Part shown: piece after piece, positions 13,225 to 23,577 of the stretch
How the letters are laid out: each line of letters starts with the position of its first letter
How positions within the stretch are numbered: the stretch's first letter is position 1
Assembly (NCBI RefSeq): GCF_004010195.1
Contig: NC_057753.1
Location: forward strand, 11,254,315-11,299,293
From: Chiloscyllium plagiosum
Taxonomy: Eukaryota
Direction: 5' to 3'
Length of the DNA stretch: 44,979 nucleotides
Made by a program: the position numbers and the translations under genes
The notes under the pieces: generated by a model
Told to the model about the DNA's origin: nothing
Seen by the model: the letters and a program-made list of their open reading frames with translations, nothing else
The model's database searches: none

Positions 13225-13525
13225 GTCCATCATCACCAGCAGGGTAGGCACTGTCGACGGCTGGGAAGACGCATCCCATACCTTTTAGAACGGTCCCGTG
13301 TTCCTCGGCGGTGGGTTCCCCCTTCTGGTTGACTGATCGAGATCCAATGGGAGTCTATCTGAACCAGGCGAAAGGGTTGTGAAGTAAGAAATTTAAGTAG
13401 GCACAGGGAGACATCGAGCCAGGCAACTCCGTGCACGGACCAAGGAAGGTAAATTGACTTTTAAGAACTACCTTGGTGGCTGGGATTGAGCTTCAGTAGT
13501 TAAGGGACTAACAAAAGAACTCAAT

Positions 13526-13858
13526 ATGGGCTGTGCCGAGGGTAAAGAAAAAGCCTCCAGGGAAAAAGGAAATGGAAATGGAGGTGGAGTCCCTGACAAC
13601 ATACCTCCAGAAAGTCCTTTGGGAAGGATGTTGTGGAATTGCAAAAATAATACTTGTACAAGGGAAAAAGATAGGAAAAAGATGATTAAATATTGTTGCT
13701 TTGTATGGACTAAGGAATCCATTCTTCGTCCCGCCATCTTCTGGCCAAAGTACGGGTCGGATGAAGACAGTGTTTGTAAATATTTGAATTTATATGTCAA
13801 CGGAAAACAGCTTTTCAGTCAGGAGGGATCAGATTATGCTTCGTGTCAGAAGGGCTAG
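13526..13858 (+). pseudogene. gag: ERV Gag N-terminus (matrix-like), truncated
   Basis: MG start; IPPESPLGRML...KKKMIKYCCFVW...FWPKYGSDED pattern resembles gamma-like ERV Gag; lies downstream of LTR, PBS and a donor AAG|GTAAAT at 13449; no capsid visible afterwards. Confidence 0.8.
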
Positions 13859-14798
13859 TAGCTGAAGGGCTACTGAGGGTACACTTTGTAACTAAATCAT
13901 GACCAGACATTCAGAAAAATATTCAAAAGGTGGAGCGAGAAGCCTCTAGAGGTGTTGTTGCGGGAAGCTCAGAAAGTGTTTGTGAGATGTGGTGTGTGTG
14001 TGTGTGTGAGAGAGAGAAAAGAGCTGCACAGTCAATAGAAAGTTTAACCCTTTGTGATTTGGTTTGAATGCACATTTGGTTGTTGGTGATTTGTTCCCTG
14101 GAGCTTGAGATCTGGGACTGTTTTGAATCTGATTTCTATTACGGAAATTTAACATGATTTCTTTTAAGGTTTAGGATTTTACAGTGATTATGAAATAAAA
14201 TGTTAACTCCTGTTCTTTTTACAAGACATGACTGCCTTACTATCAGTTTCTAACTAATCTCTTTTATCCTTACATAAAAGCCAACCTTATTCGATGGAGG
14301 AAAACAACATTATAACTTTTTTTTTGTGTTTCAGACTCATTTGTTTCCACTTAATTCTAAGACTGATGTGTTACATTGGTGATTATGACGTGCCAGCCGT
14401 AGCTTTATTCAGAAAGTCCCCTCCCTCAATGACAGTTGAAGTTTCAGTTCAACATTAGATTGTAATAAATCATTTAAAAAAATTCTATGGTTAATATCTG
14501 TGACCTTGGATTCGGCCATTATTCATGCATTAGAAGTTTTTTTTTAACTTGAATAGACAAATCCCTTTAAGGTTATTTCACGACCTTTAGCATTGTATTT
14601 GAGCAATGACTGGTCAGGACTACTTAAGAAAACTAATTTTGGATTTGAATTAAGGGACTAAAACCGGGTAATTATAGTGGCTTGGTACCACTCCACTCAG
14701 TGCTCTCGTCAAAATTCAAGCTGAATTCTATCCATATTATTAGGTGTTCCTAACAATGAGAAAGGTCTACTGCCTGACTTAAGCAGGCACTGCTGTCA

Positions 14799-15298
14799 NN
14801 NNNNNNNNNNNNNNNNNNNNNNNNNNNNNNNNNNNNNNNNNNNNNNNNNNNNNNNNNNNNNNNNNNNNNNNNNNNNNNNNNNNNNNNNNNNNNNNNNNNN
14901 NNNNNNNNNNNNNNNNNNNNNNNNNNNNNNNNNNNNNNNNNNNNNNNNNNNNNNNNNNNNNNNNNNNNNNNNNNNNNNNNNNNNNNNNNNNNNNNNNNNN
15001 NNNNNNNNNNNNNNNNNNNNNNNNNNNNNNNNNNNNNNNNNNNNNNNNNNNNNNNNNNNNNNNNNNNNNNNNNNNNNNNNNNNNNNNNNNNNNNNNNNNN
15101 NNNNNNNNNNNNNNNNNNNNNNNNNNNNNNNNNNNNNNNNNNNNNNNNNNNNNNNNNNNNNNNNNNNNNNNNNNNNNNNNNNNNNNNNNNNNNNNNNNNN
15201 NNNNNNNNNNNNNNNNNNNNNNNNNNNNNNNNNNNNNNNNNNNNNNNNNNNNNNNNNNNNNNNNNNNNNNNNNNNNNNNNNNNNNNNNNNNNNNNNNN
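14799..15298. other. Assembly gap (500 N)
   Basis: Run of N. Confidence 1.
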
Positions 15299-15299
15299 G

Positions 15300-15569
15300 G
15301 GGGAGAGGCCGTACACCTGCTCAGAGAGCGGGAAGGGATTCATCGATTCTTCAAGCCTGCAGACCCACCAGCGGGTCCACACGGGGGAGAAACTGTTCAC
15401 CTGCCCTGATTGCGGGAGGGACTTCAGTCACGCGGGCAACTTACGGAAGCACCAGTGGGTCCACACCGGGGAGAGGCCATTCACTTGCTCCGAGTGCGGG
15501 AAGGGATTTACCTGCTCCTCCCACCTGCGGAGGCACCAGCGAGTTTACGTGCCATCACAGGGGGATTGA
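15300..15569 (+). CDS. C2H2 zinc-finger protein, 3' end (partial; 5' part lost in the gap)
   Basis: [14 protein letters not shown]...[20 protein letters not shown]...[20 protein letters not shown]...[11 protein letters not shown]; absent from the ORF track for lack of a start codon; first finger has C>S, last has H>Y. Confidence 0.85.
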   Translation, partial: GERPYTCSESGKGFIDSSSLQTHQRVHTGEKLFTCPDCGRDFSHAGNLRKHQWVHTGERPFTCSECGKGFTCSSHLRRHQRVYVPSQGD

Positions 15570-15993
15570 AGGAGTGACAGCCGTGTGCCATTATCGACTG
15601 GACTACCAACCCAGTTCTGGGGACACCCCGGTTCCAATCCCGGCATGGCTGATGGCGGAATTGGAATTCGGACAGAATCCTGGAGTACGGAATCTAACGA
15701 TGAAACCATATTCTGGGAAAAAGAAACTCCATCTGATTCACTCTTGTCCTTTTTTTTGGGAAGGCAACTGTTGTTGCGGGAAAGGATTCACTCAGTTGTC
15801 CCAGTTGCATCTTTTACCTGGTCTGGCCTACACATGACTCCTGACCCACAGCAATGTGGTTGAGTCTTGACCAACGCTAGTATTGTTAGAAACTGTAAAT
15901 TTTTCAGGAGTGCAGGTACTGCACCGTTTCATCGGCATTGTAAAGTTTACTGGCAGCACAGGGAGGTGTGGGCTGTGTTCACTAGAAACAATT

Positions 15994-17338
15994 GTGGAGG
16001 AGTCGGTTTTGGACTGGGTTGGACAAAGTTAAAAATCACACAACACCAGGTTATGGTCCCACAAGTTTATTTGAAGGCACTAGCTTTCAGAGCGCTGCTC
16101 CTTCATTGGATAGCCGTGGAGCAGAAGCATAAGACACAGAATTTACAGCTAAAAATCACAGTGTCATGCAACTGAAACGATATATTGAACAAACCTGGAT
16201 TGCTGTCAAGACTTTCATCTTTTAGAATGGGCTGCATGTTTCGGTTCATTAATATGTCAATCTCAGAGATTCTTTTAAGTTACATTCTCGCCATAACTTT
16301 TTAGATTCCCTAGGCAGCACGGTGGCATAATGGTTAGCCCTGCTGCCTCACAGTACCAGGGTCCCAGGTTTGATTCCAGCCTCGGGTGACTGTCTGTGTG
16401 GAGTTTGCACATTCTCCCAGTGTCTACGTGAGTTTCTTCCAGATGCTCTAGTTTCCTCCCACAGTCCAAAGATGTGCAGGTCAGGTAAATTGGCCGTGCT
16501 AAATTGCCCATAGCATTAGTCAGAGGGAAGTGGGTCTGGGTGGGTTACTCTTTGGAGGATTGGTTGGGCCAGAGGGCCTGTTTCCACACTGTAGGGAATC
16601 TGATCTAATCTAATCTTAACAAAAAAAAGCCAGAGACCTGGGTTCAATTCCCGCCTTAGGTGACTGACTGTGTGGAGTTTGCACATTCTCCCTGCGTCTG
16701 CGTGGGTTTCCTCCGGGTGCTCCGGTTTCCTCCCACAGTCCAAAACTGTGCAGGTCAGGTGAATTGGCCATGCTAAGTTGCCCGTAGTGTTAGGTGAAGG
16801 GGTAAATGTAGGGGAATGGGTGTGGGTGGGTTGCGCTTCGACGGGTCGATATGGACTTGTTGGGCCGAAGGGCCTGTTTCCACACAGTAAAAAAAAATCA
16901 CTTAATGTTTTATAAAAAACGTGACATCTCAGCTCAGACAATGCATGAAAGGTGTGAGGTTAAAGTCTGTCTGTATCCCAATTTTGAGACAAACTGGTTC
17001 TATTTCCAAGGTAGGAATTTATAAAATACTACATGGATTGACTACCTGCATTGACTGCCTGCAGATTGTGCGCTGTTTGAGCAAAATACATCTGCAAATT
17101 CACCCCATTGACTTATATATGTGTGTGTGTGTGTGAGTGCGAGTAAAAGAGTGTGTTTGCATGTGTGCATGCTTGGTAAAGTGTGTGTGTGATGGTTTAT
17201 AAGCTTGTGAGAGGGTATGTACATGGGTGAGAGTGTATAGTGTACTGTATTTGGGTCATTTGTAGTGCGACATCAACCCAAGTCCCGGCTGAGGCCATCC
17301 TCATGGGTACCCAACTTGGCTATCAGCCTCTGCTCGAC
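15994..17338 (-). mobile_element. Penelope-like element 3' part with pseudo-LTR, containing two SINEs
   Basis: Minus strand VVEQRLIAKLGTHEDGLSRD-like ORF end at ~17260-17338; degenerate hammerhead at 16081-16109; 14-bp TSD cactagaaacaatt (15980-15993, 17339-17352). Confidence 0.8.
16313..16890 (+). mobile_element. Two tandem HE1-type V-SINEs (16313-16615, 16629-16890)
   Basis: Two V-domains; the first is full length with a (TCTAA) tail, the second is 5'-truncated. Confidence 0.9.
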
Positions 17339-17479
17339 CACTAGAAACAATTAAGCAGTTGCACAACACACAGTGGAGAGGGCAGGGTGGGGCTTGTCTT
17401 TTGATTTGCAGAAGGTGGGAGGCATTAGTGTCTGTCTGGTGCCAGGATTCGGGAGCAGATGTGCTGGAGAAGTCCTTTA

Positions 17480-18305
17480 TATTTATAAAATGATTTGGAT
17501 ATGAACATAGAAGGTACAGTTTGCAGATGACACCAAAATTAGAAGTATAGTGGACAGCGAAGAAGGTTACCTCAGATTACAACGGAGTTTTAATTAGATG
17601 AGTCATTGGGCTGAGGAGTGGCAGATGGAGTTTCATTTAGATAAATGCAAGGTGCATCTTAGCAGGACTTGTACACTTAATGGTAAGGTACTTAATGGAG
17701 TGTTGCTGAACAAAGAGACCTTGGAATGCAGATTCATAGCTCCTTGAAAATAGAGTCGCAGGTAGATAGGACAGTGAAGGAGGTGTTTGGTATGCTTTCC
17801 TTTATTGGTCACAGCATTGAGTATAGGAGTTGGGAGATCATGTTGCGGCAGTACAGGATGTTGGTTAGGCCACTTTTGGAGTATTGTGTGCAATTCTGGT
17901 CTCCCTCGTATTGGAAGGATGTTGTGAAACTTGAAAGGGTTCAGAAAAAATTTACAAGGATGTTGCCAGGGTTGGAGGATTTGAGATATCAGGAGAGGCT
18001 AAAAAGTCTGGGGCTGTTTTCCTTGGAGCATCGAAGGCTGAGGGGTGACCTCATACAGGTTTATAAAATCATGAGGGGCATGGATAGGATGAATAGACAA
18101 AGTCTTTTCCCTGGGGTGGGGGAGTCCAGAACTAGAGGGGATAGGTTTAGGGTGAGAGGGGAAAGATATAAAAGGGACCTAAGGGGCAACGTTTTCATGC
18201 AGAGGGTGGTACGGGTATGGAATGCGCTGCCAGAGGAAGTGATGGAGGCTGGTACAAATACAACATTTTAAAATGCATCTAGATGGGTACATGAATAGGA
18301 AGGGT
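17480..18305 (+). mobile_element. CR1 LINE ORF2 3' part
   Basis: FADDTK motif near 17521 and ORF 17726-18271 (LVRPLLEYCVQFWSP...RLRGDL). Confidence 0.92.
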
Positions 18306-18834
18306 CTATCTCTAATTCTTTGTCTCTCTGATTCTCTCTCTCACTCTCTCATTCTCTGTCCCACCCAGTCTTTCTCTTCCCCTCACCCTTGATCCCCACG
18401 TCCATTTTCTCTCTCTCTCTCTCCCCACCCTCTGCCTCCCTGTCCATTCTCTCTCCCTTCTCCTCTCAACCCCATCCCCATCCTTTCTCGTGCCTCAAGC
18501 CCTCTTTAATCACTGTATCAAGCCCTTCTAAGAGACAGAGAATGAATGGAGGTTCCTCTGCATGGGAGGTTGGGGGTGCATGAGAAATGGCTGATCTTTA
18601 AAATTGAGAATAGCTAAAATGATAATAATCAGAAACATCACTAAAGTCTGAAAGCATGTTCAATTTTCTACAAAAAAAGCTGCAGACATCTTTCTGGAAC
18701 TTGCATTGAAAAATGCACAGTTGAGGACAGGCTGTAAGGGGCCTATTCTTAGTCTTGTAAAATTGGTTTTGACTATGTAGAAATAGAACCATCGAGTTAC
18801 AGAGCATGGAAACAACTCTTTGGTCCGTGCTTGT

Positions 18835-18872
18835 GATAGCGTGGCTGAGCGGTCTAAGGCGCTATATTTAAA
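18835..18872 (+). pseudogene. tRNA-Leu 5' half (fragment)
   Basis: GATAGCGTGGCTGAGCGGTCTAAGGCGCT closely matches the vertebrate tRNA-Leu 5' end GGTAGCGTGGCCGAGCGGTCTAAGGCGCT; breaks off at the anticodon loop. Confidence 0.75.
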
Positions 18873-19190
18873 GGGTGGTACGGTGGCTCAGTGGTTAGCA
18901 CTTCTGCCTCACAGCACCAGGGTCCCAGGTTTGATTCCAGCCTCAGGCGACTGCCTGTGTGGAGTTTGCATATTCTCCCCATGTCTGCGTGGGTTTCCTC
19001 TGGGTGCTCCGGTTTCCTCCCACAGGTCCAAAGATGTGCAGGTTAGGGTGAATTGGCCATGCTAAATTGCCCGTAGTGTTCGGTGCATTAGCCAGAGGGA
19101 AATGGGACTGGGTGGGTTATTCTTCGGAGGGTTGGTGTGGACTTGTTGGGCCGAAGGGCCTGTTTCCACACTGTAGGGAATCTAATCTAA
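18873..19190 (+). mobile_element. HE1-type V-SINE
   Basis: Full head, V-domain and TCTAATCTAA tail. Confidence 0.92.
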
Positions 19191-19262
19191 TATCCTAAAT
19201 TAATCTAGTCCCATTTGCTACCACTTTGCCGATGTCCCTCTAAATCTTCCTATTCACATACC

Positions 19263-20198
19263 TGTGAGAAACGAACCCCACTTAATCAATAATTTTCAGT
19301 CCGATTCAAAGAGTTCCGAAGCAGCATATTTATTCGAACATCTTTAAAGATGGGTGGCTCTACGAGGAGAGACACACCCGTCAGTAAAATACAGAGCTTT
19401 TTATACTTTTCTGGGAGTCTCTTGACACCCCTAAACTGAGCAATAAACCTATCATAAGTGTCTATTTCATTCTATCCCCTTATTTGATTATTACTTGCAC
19501 CCATTATTCCTTCATTTGGTAATTCCCTGCACCCAAGCCTAAGCCTATCATACTTATTAATTACCTCACTTGTTTTTCTTTAAATCTGCCTTATTTGGCT
19601 GTCCTTGTTCATTACAGCCTTCCTATTACTTTGTCCAGTTCCTCTTATCTAACCGTCTGACTTCTGAGATCATCCTTTAGATTAGATTAGATTAGATTAC
19701 TTACAGTGTGGAAACAGGCCCTTCAGCCCAACAAGTCCACACCGCCCCGCCGAAGCGCAACCCACCCATACCCCTACATTTACCCCTTATCTAACGTTAC
19801 GGGCAATTTTTAGCATGGCCAATTCACCTGACCTGCACATCTTTGGACTGTGGGAGGAAACCGGAGCACCCGGAGGAAACCCACGCAGACACGGGGAGAA
19901 CGTGCAAACTCCACACAGTCTGTCGCCAGAGGCGGGAATTGAACCCGGGTCTCTGGCGCTGCGAGGCAGCAGTGCTAACCACTGTGCCACCGTGCCGCCC
20001 ACTTTACTATCTTGATAGTCCAAAAAGCGGACCTACAAATTATGAGCTTATTGCAAAATGCCCCTCCTGCTTCTTTTTTTCTTTTGTGGTCAGCTACAAC
20101 ACTCAAAGTAATTTCTTAGCTTAAAACTATTTCTAAAAAGACCCTCTATATTCGTTAAAGTCAACATACACCTGACAACCTGAAATGTTTCTCTCTCA
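19263..20198 (-). mobile_element. Solo LTR inserted in a CR1 tail, itself carrying a SINE
   Basis: Minus strand TGAGAGAGAAAC...GTTTCTCACA; 4-bp TSD TACC; AATAAA and U5 similar to 13130-13203. Confidence 0.85.
19677..20000 (-). mobile_element. Young-looking HE1-type V-SINE
   Basis: CpG-rich, intact A and B boxes, (TCTAA)4 tail. Confidence 0.93.
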
Positions 20199-20339
20199 TA
20201 CCCATCCAGGTGTCTTTTAAAACTTGTAATTGTACCAGCTTCCACTATTTTCTCTGGCAGCTCATTCAATACACACTGCTGAAAATGTGTTGCTGGAACA
20301 GTGCAGCAGGTCAGGCAGCATCCAGGGAACAGGAGAATC

Positions 20340-20367
20340 GATGTTTCGGGCATAAGTCCTTCTTCAG
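20340..20367 (-). ncRNA. Minimal hammerhead ribozyme motif (imperfect)
   Basis: CUGAAGA-A-GGAC UUAU GCCC-GAAA-CAUC; stem II mismatch, stem III palindrome broken. Confidence 0.6.
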
Positions 20368-20459
20368 GAGGGTGGGGGTGGGGAGAAAGTAGCATAGAGT
20401 CCCCACCCCCACCCTCCTCTAGCTTATCCCTCCACGCTTCAGGCTCACTGCCTTTATTC

Positions 20460-20487
20460 CTGAAGAAGGGCTTATGCCCGAAACGTC
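20460..20487 (+). ncRNA. Minimal type I hammerhead ribozyme motif
   Basis: CUGAAGA-A-GGGC UUAU GCCC-GAAA-C-GUC; palindromic ACGU in place of stem III. Confidence 0.8.
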
Positions 20488-20634
20488 GATTCTCCTGTTC
20501 CCTGGATGCTGCCTGACCTGCTGCGCTGTTCCAGCAACACATTTTCAGCTCTGATCTCCAGCATCTGCAGACCTCACTTTCTCCCCATTCAATACACACA
20601 CCAGTCCAGGCAGCATCCAAGGAGCTTCGAAATC

Positions 20635-20662
20635 GACGTTTCGGGCAAAAGCCCTTCATCAG
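20635..20662 (-). ncRNA. Minimal type I hammerhead ribozyme motif
   Basis: CUGAUGA-A-GGGC UUUU GCCC-GAAA-C-GUC. Confidence 0.8.
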
Positions 20663-21265
20663 GAATAAAGGCAGTGAGCCTGAAGCGTGGAGAGATAAGC
20701 TAGAGAAGGGTGGGGGTGGGGACTCTATACTACTTTCTCCCCACCCCCATCCTCCTCTAGCTTATCTCTCAGCCTGGACAGCTGTGCTCTTTCAGCACCA
20801 CTAATCCAGAATCTGGTTTCCAGCATCTGCAGTCATTGTTTTTACCAATACACACACCAACCTATACGTGAAAACGTTGCCCCGTACGTCCCGTTTAAAT
20901 CTGTCCTCTGGTTCTGGACTCCTCCATCCCAGGGAAAAGACCTTATCTGTTTATCTTATTCATGCCCCTTATGATTTATAAACCTCCATAAGGTTTATAA
21001 AATCTGTTTACCCTGTTTACGCTCCAGGGTAAACAGCCCCAGCCTGTTCAGCCTCTCCCTGTAGCTCAAACCCTCCAACCCTGGCAACTTCCTTGTAAAT
21101 AATTTCTAAACCCTTTTAAGTTTCACAACATCCTTCCTGATTAGTCAGTAATAGCTGTGAACAATCTATATTGTTCAGGTGCTAAGACAGAGCTTTTCTG
21201 GAGGTGAATTAACTTTCACACTTTTTTTTCTAATCCTTAGGACCCTTTTAAATCTTTCCCCTCTC

Positions 21266-21662
21266 CCCCTAAACCTGTGCCCTCTAGTTTGGGATTCCCC
21301 CTAAACCTGTGCCCTCTAGTTTGGGATTCCCCCTAACCCTGTGCCCTCCGGCGTGCGACCCCCCCTAACCCTGTGCCCTCTAGTTTGGGATTCCCCCTAA
21401 CCCTGTGCCCTCTAGTTTGGGACTCCCCCTAACCCTGTGCCCTCTAGTTTGGGATTCTCCCTAACCCTGTGCCCTCTAGTTTGGGATTCCCCCTAACCCT
21501 GTGCCCTCTAGTTTGGGATTCCCCCCTAACCCTGTGCCCTCTAGTTTAGGATTCCCCCTAAACCTGTGCCCTCTAGTTTGGGACTCTCCCTAACCCTGTG
21601 CCCTCTAGTTTGGGATTCCCCCTAACCCTGTGCCCTCTAGTTTGGGATTCCCCCTAACCCTG
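21266..21662. repeat. 32-bp minisatellite, about 12.4 copies, CR1-derived
   Basis: Unit CCCCCTAACCCTGTGCCCTCTAGTTTGGGATT; matches the CR1 segment at 2141-2180. Confidence 0.95.
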
Positions 21663-21769
21663 AGGAAGAGACAGACAAAAGGAGTGAGATGTACAGTCAC
21701 AGGGACAGAAACAATTGTGGCTCCCGCCTTTTTTATCCCAGATTGGCAATTGGACACAAAACCTGTCAG

Positions 21770-22560
21770 TCACACCCAGCGCCGGCTGCCATTGGTCAGG
21801 TGGAGTAAGGTGCGCTCTGATTGGATGGGGGCGCGGATGACCGCGTCACTGCAGGAGGAGACGTAAAGTAGAAGAAAAACAAAGATGGCGGCGCGAGGTG
21901 GATGGAGGTGACGGGTCGGAGCGGAGGCTGAAGCCCTCTCCACCAATCCCAAAACCTGCGGTCAGTGCGGACTAATCGGAGAGCGACATTCGGCGGGGTG
22001 GGGTGGGACAAACGGTGACCGCAAAGCCGACCGCCATTGGTCAGGTGGAGTAAGGTGTTTTCTGATTGGATGGGGGCGCGGATGACGCGCGTCACTGAAG
22101 GAGGAGACGGAAAGAAGAAGAAAAACAAAGATGGCGGCGCGAGGCTGCGGTTTTCTCATCGACTCAGCGGGCGGTTTCTGACGGAGGGAGGGGGGCAGAC
22201 AGGCATCGTTTACCTCAGAAAATACCTTTAAAATACATTTCAAATTAAAGCCAGAACTTTTCAAACAAAAGTTGTGAAGAAAAGGAGACAGTCCCCGGTG
22301 GGGTTTATTGTTTATTTGTGTATAATTCCCGGGGCGCGGGAAGGGGGAGGTGACGGTTACCGGGTGAACGAGAAAAAACAAATTAAAAATGTCGGCGGTG
22401 GAGGAGAGAGAGCCGGCGCCCCGCGGCGGGAGGTGGTGGAGCACCAGCTGGAGGAGAGGCTGCACTCGGGGCTGCGCTGGACCGTGAGCCTGGAGCTGCC
22501 CGCGGCTTCACTCCACCAGGTACCGGGCTGGGCTGAGGGGGGAACCCGGGGGGGGACATT
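21770..22560 (+). promoter_or_regulatory. CpG island promoter with duplicated CCAAT/YY1 module
   Basis: High CpG; ~111-bp direct repeat at 21788-21898 and 22033-22144, each with two ATTGG, a TGAC..GTCA element and AAGATGGCGGC. Confidence 0.75.
22389..22519 (+). other. Candidate first coding exon of an unidentified gene (apparent 1-nt frameshift)
   Basis: aaaATGTCGGCG start, GC3-rich codons REVVEHQLEERLHSGLRWTVSLELPAASLHQ ending at CAG|GTACCG; the ATG frame stops at 22485. Confidence 0.35.
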
Positions 22561-22779
22561 CACTCCCAGTCCCAAAACAAACATCATTTCTATTAGAATC
22601 ACCATCTATAATCCCACCCTCGTCCATGTAGGAGGGCAGGCTGCACCATCTGACTGAACTTATCCTGTATATTCTATTAGAATCACCATCTAGTTCTCCA
22701 TACACCACCTTCTATAATCCCATCCTCGTCCATGTACTGTCTGACTGGACTGACCCTGTATTCATTGGTGTATAACGTG

Positions 22780-23300
22780 TAGTCATAGAGATGTACAGCA
22801 GGGAAACAGACCCTTCGGCCCAGCCCGCCCGTGCCGACCCAGATATCCCAACCCAATCTAGTCCCACCTGCCAGCGCCCCGCCCATATCCCTCCAAACCC
22901 TTCCTATTCATGTCCCCATCCAGATGCCTCCTAAATGCTGCCATTGTACCAGCCTCCACCACATCCTCCGGCAGCTCATTCCGTACACGTACCACCCTCT
23001 GCGTGAAAAAAGTTGCCCCTTGGGTCTCTTTTATATCTTTCCCCTCTCGCCCTCTAGCTCTGGACTCCCCGACCCCAGGGAAAACACTTTGCCTGTTTAC
23101 CCTATCCATGCCCCTCAGAATTTTGTAAACCTCTGCCTCCGACGCTCCAGGGAAAACAGCCTGAAACAGTCTGTTCAGCCTCTCCCTGTGGCTCAAATCC
23201 TCCACAACCCTGGTGACGTCCTTGTAAATCTTTTCCGAACCTTTTCAAGTTTCGCAACGAGACCAGAATTGCACACAACATTCCAAGTGGCCTAACCAAT
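22780..23300 (-). mobile_element. CR1 LINE 3' end
   Basis: ORF 22858-23205 VYKILRGMDRVNRQS...FFTQRVVRV plus 3' UTR. Confidence 0.9.
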
Positions 23301-23343
23301 GTAGATATCCCTTTTTTAAAAATATACAATGTTATTTATTACA

Positions 23344-23577
23344 TTAGATTAGATTACTTAGTGTGGAAACAGGCCCTTTGGCCCAACAAGTTCCACACCG
23401 ACCCGCCGAAGCGCAACCCACCCAGACCCATTCCCCTACATTTACCCCTTTCACCTAACACTACGGGTAATTTAGCATGGCCAATTCACCTGACCTGCAC
23501 ATTTTTGGACTGTGGGAGGAAACCAGAGCACCTGGAGGAAACCCACGCAGACACGGAGCGAATGTGCAAATTCCACA
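23344..23577 (-). mobile_element. 5'-truncated HE1-type V-SINE
   Basis: V-domain and (TCTAA) tail. Confidence 0.9.

Larger units (their letters stand above)
20277..20845. mobile_element. Two adjacent inverted Penelope-like pseudo-LTR insertions (20277-20585, 20604-20845)
   Basis: Inverted arms, three hammerhead motifs, overlapping 14-bp TSDs cattcaatacacac and caatacacacacca. Confidence 0.8.
20199..21140 (-). mobile_element. CR1 LINE 3' part hosting Penelope-like insertions
   Basis: CR1 sequence at 19191-19262, 20199-20276 and 20846-21140 is collinear. Confidence 0.85.

Noticed and set aside
14750..15400. ORFs spanning N runs (also 36241-36993)
   Set aside because: Artefacts of assembly gaps.
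21266..21662. CRISPR array or true interstitial telomere
   Set aside because: No unique spacers and no (TTAGGG)n run; the unit derives from CR1.
22590..22770. Short imperfect duplication after the CpG island (also 1121-1166 vs 1655-1700)
   Set aside because: Ordinary local duplications with no functional pattern.
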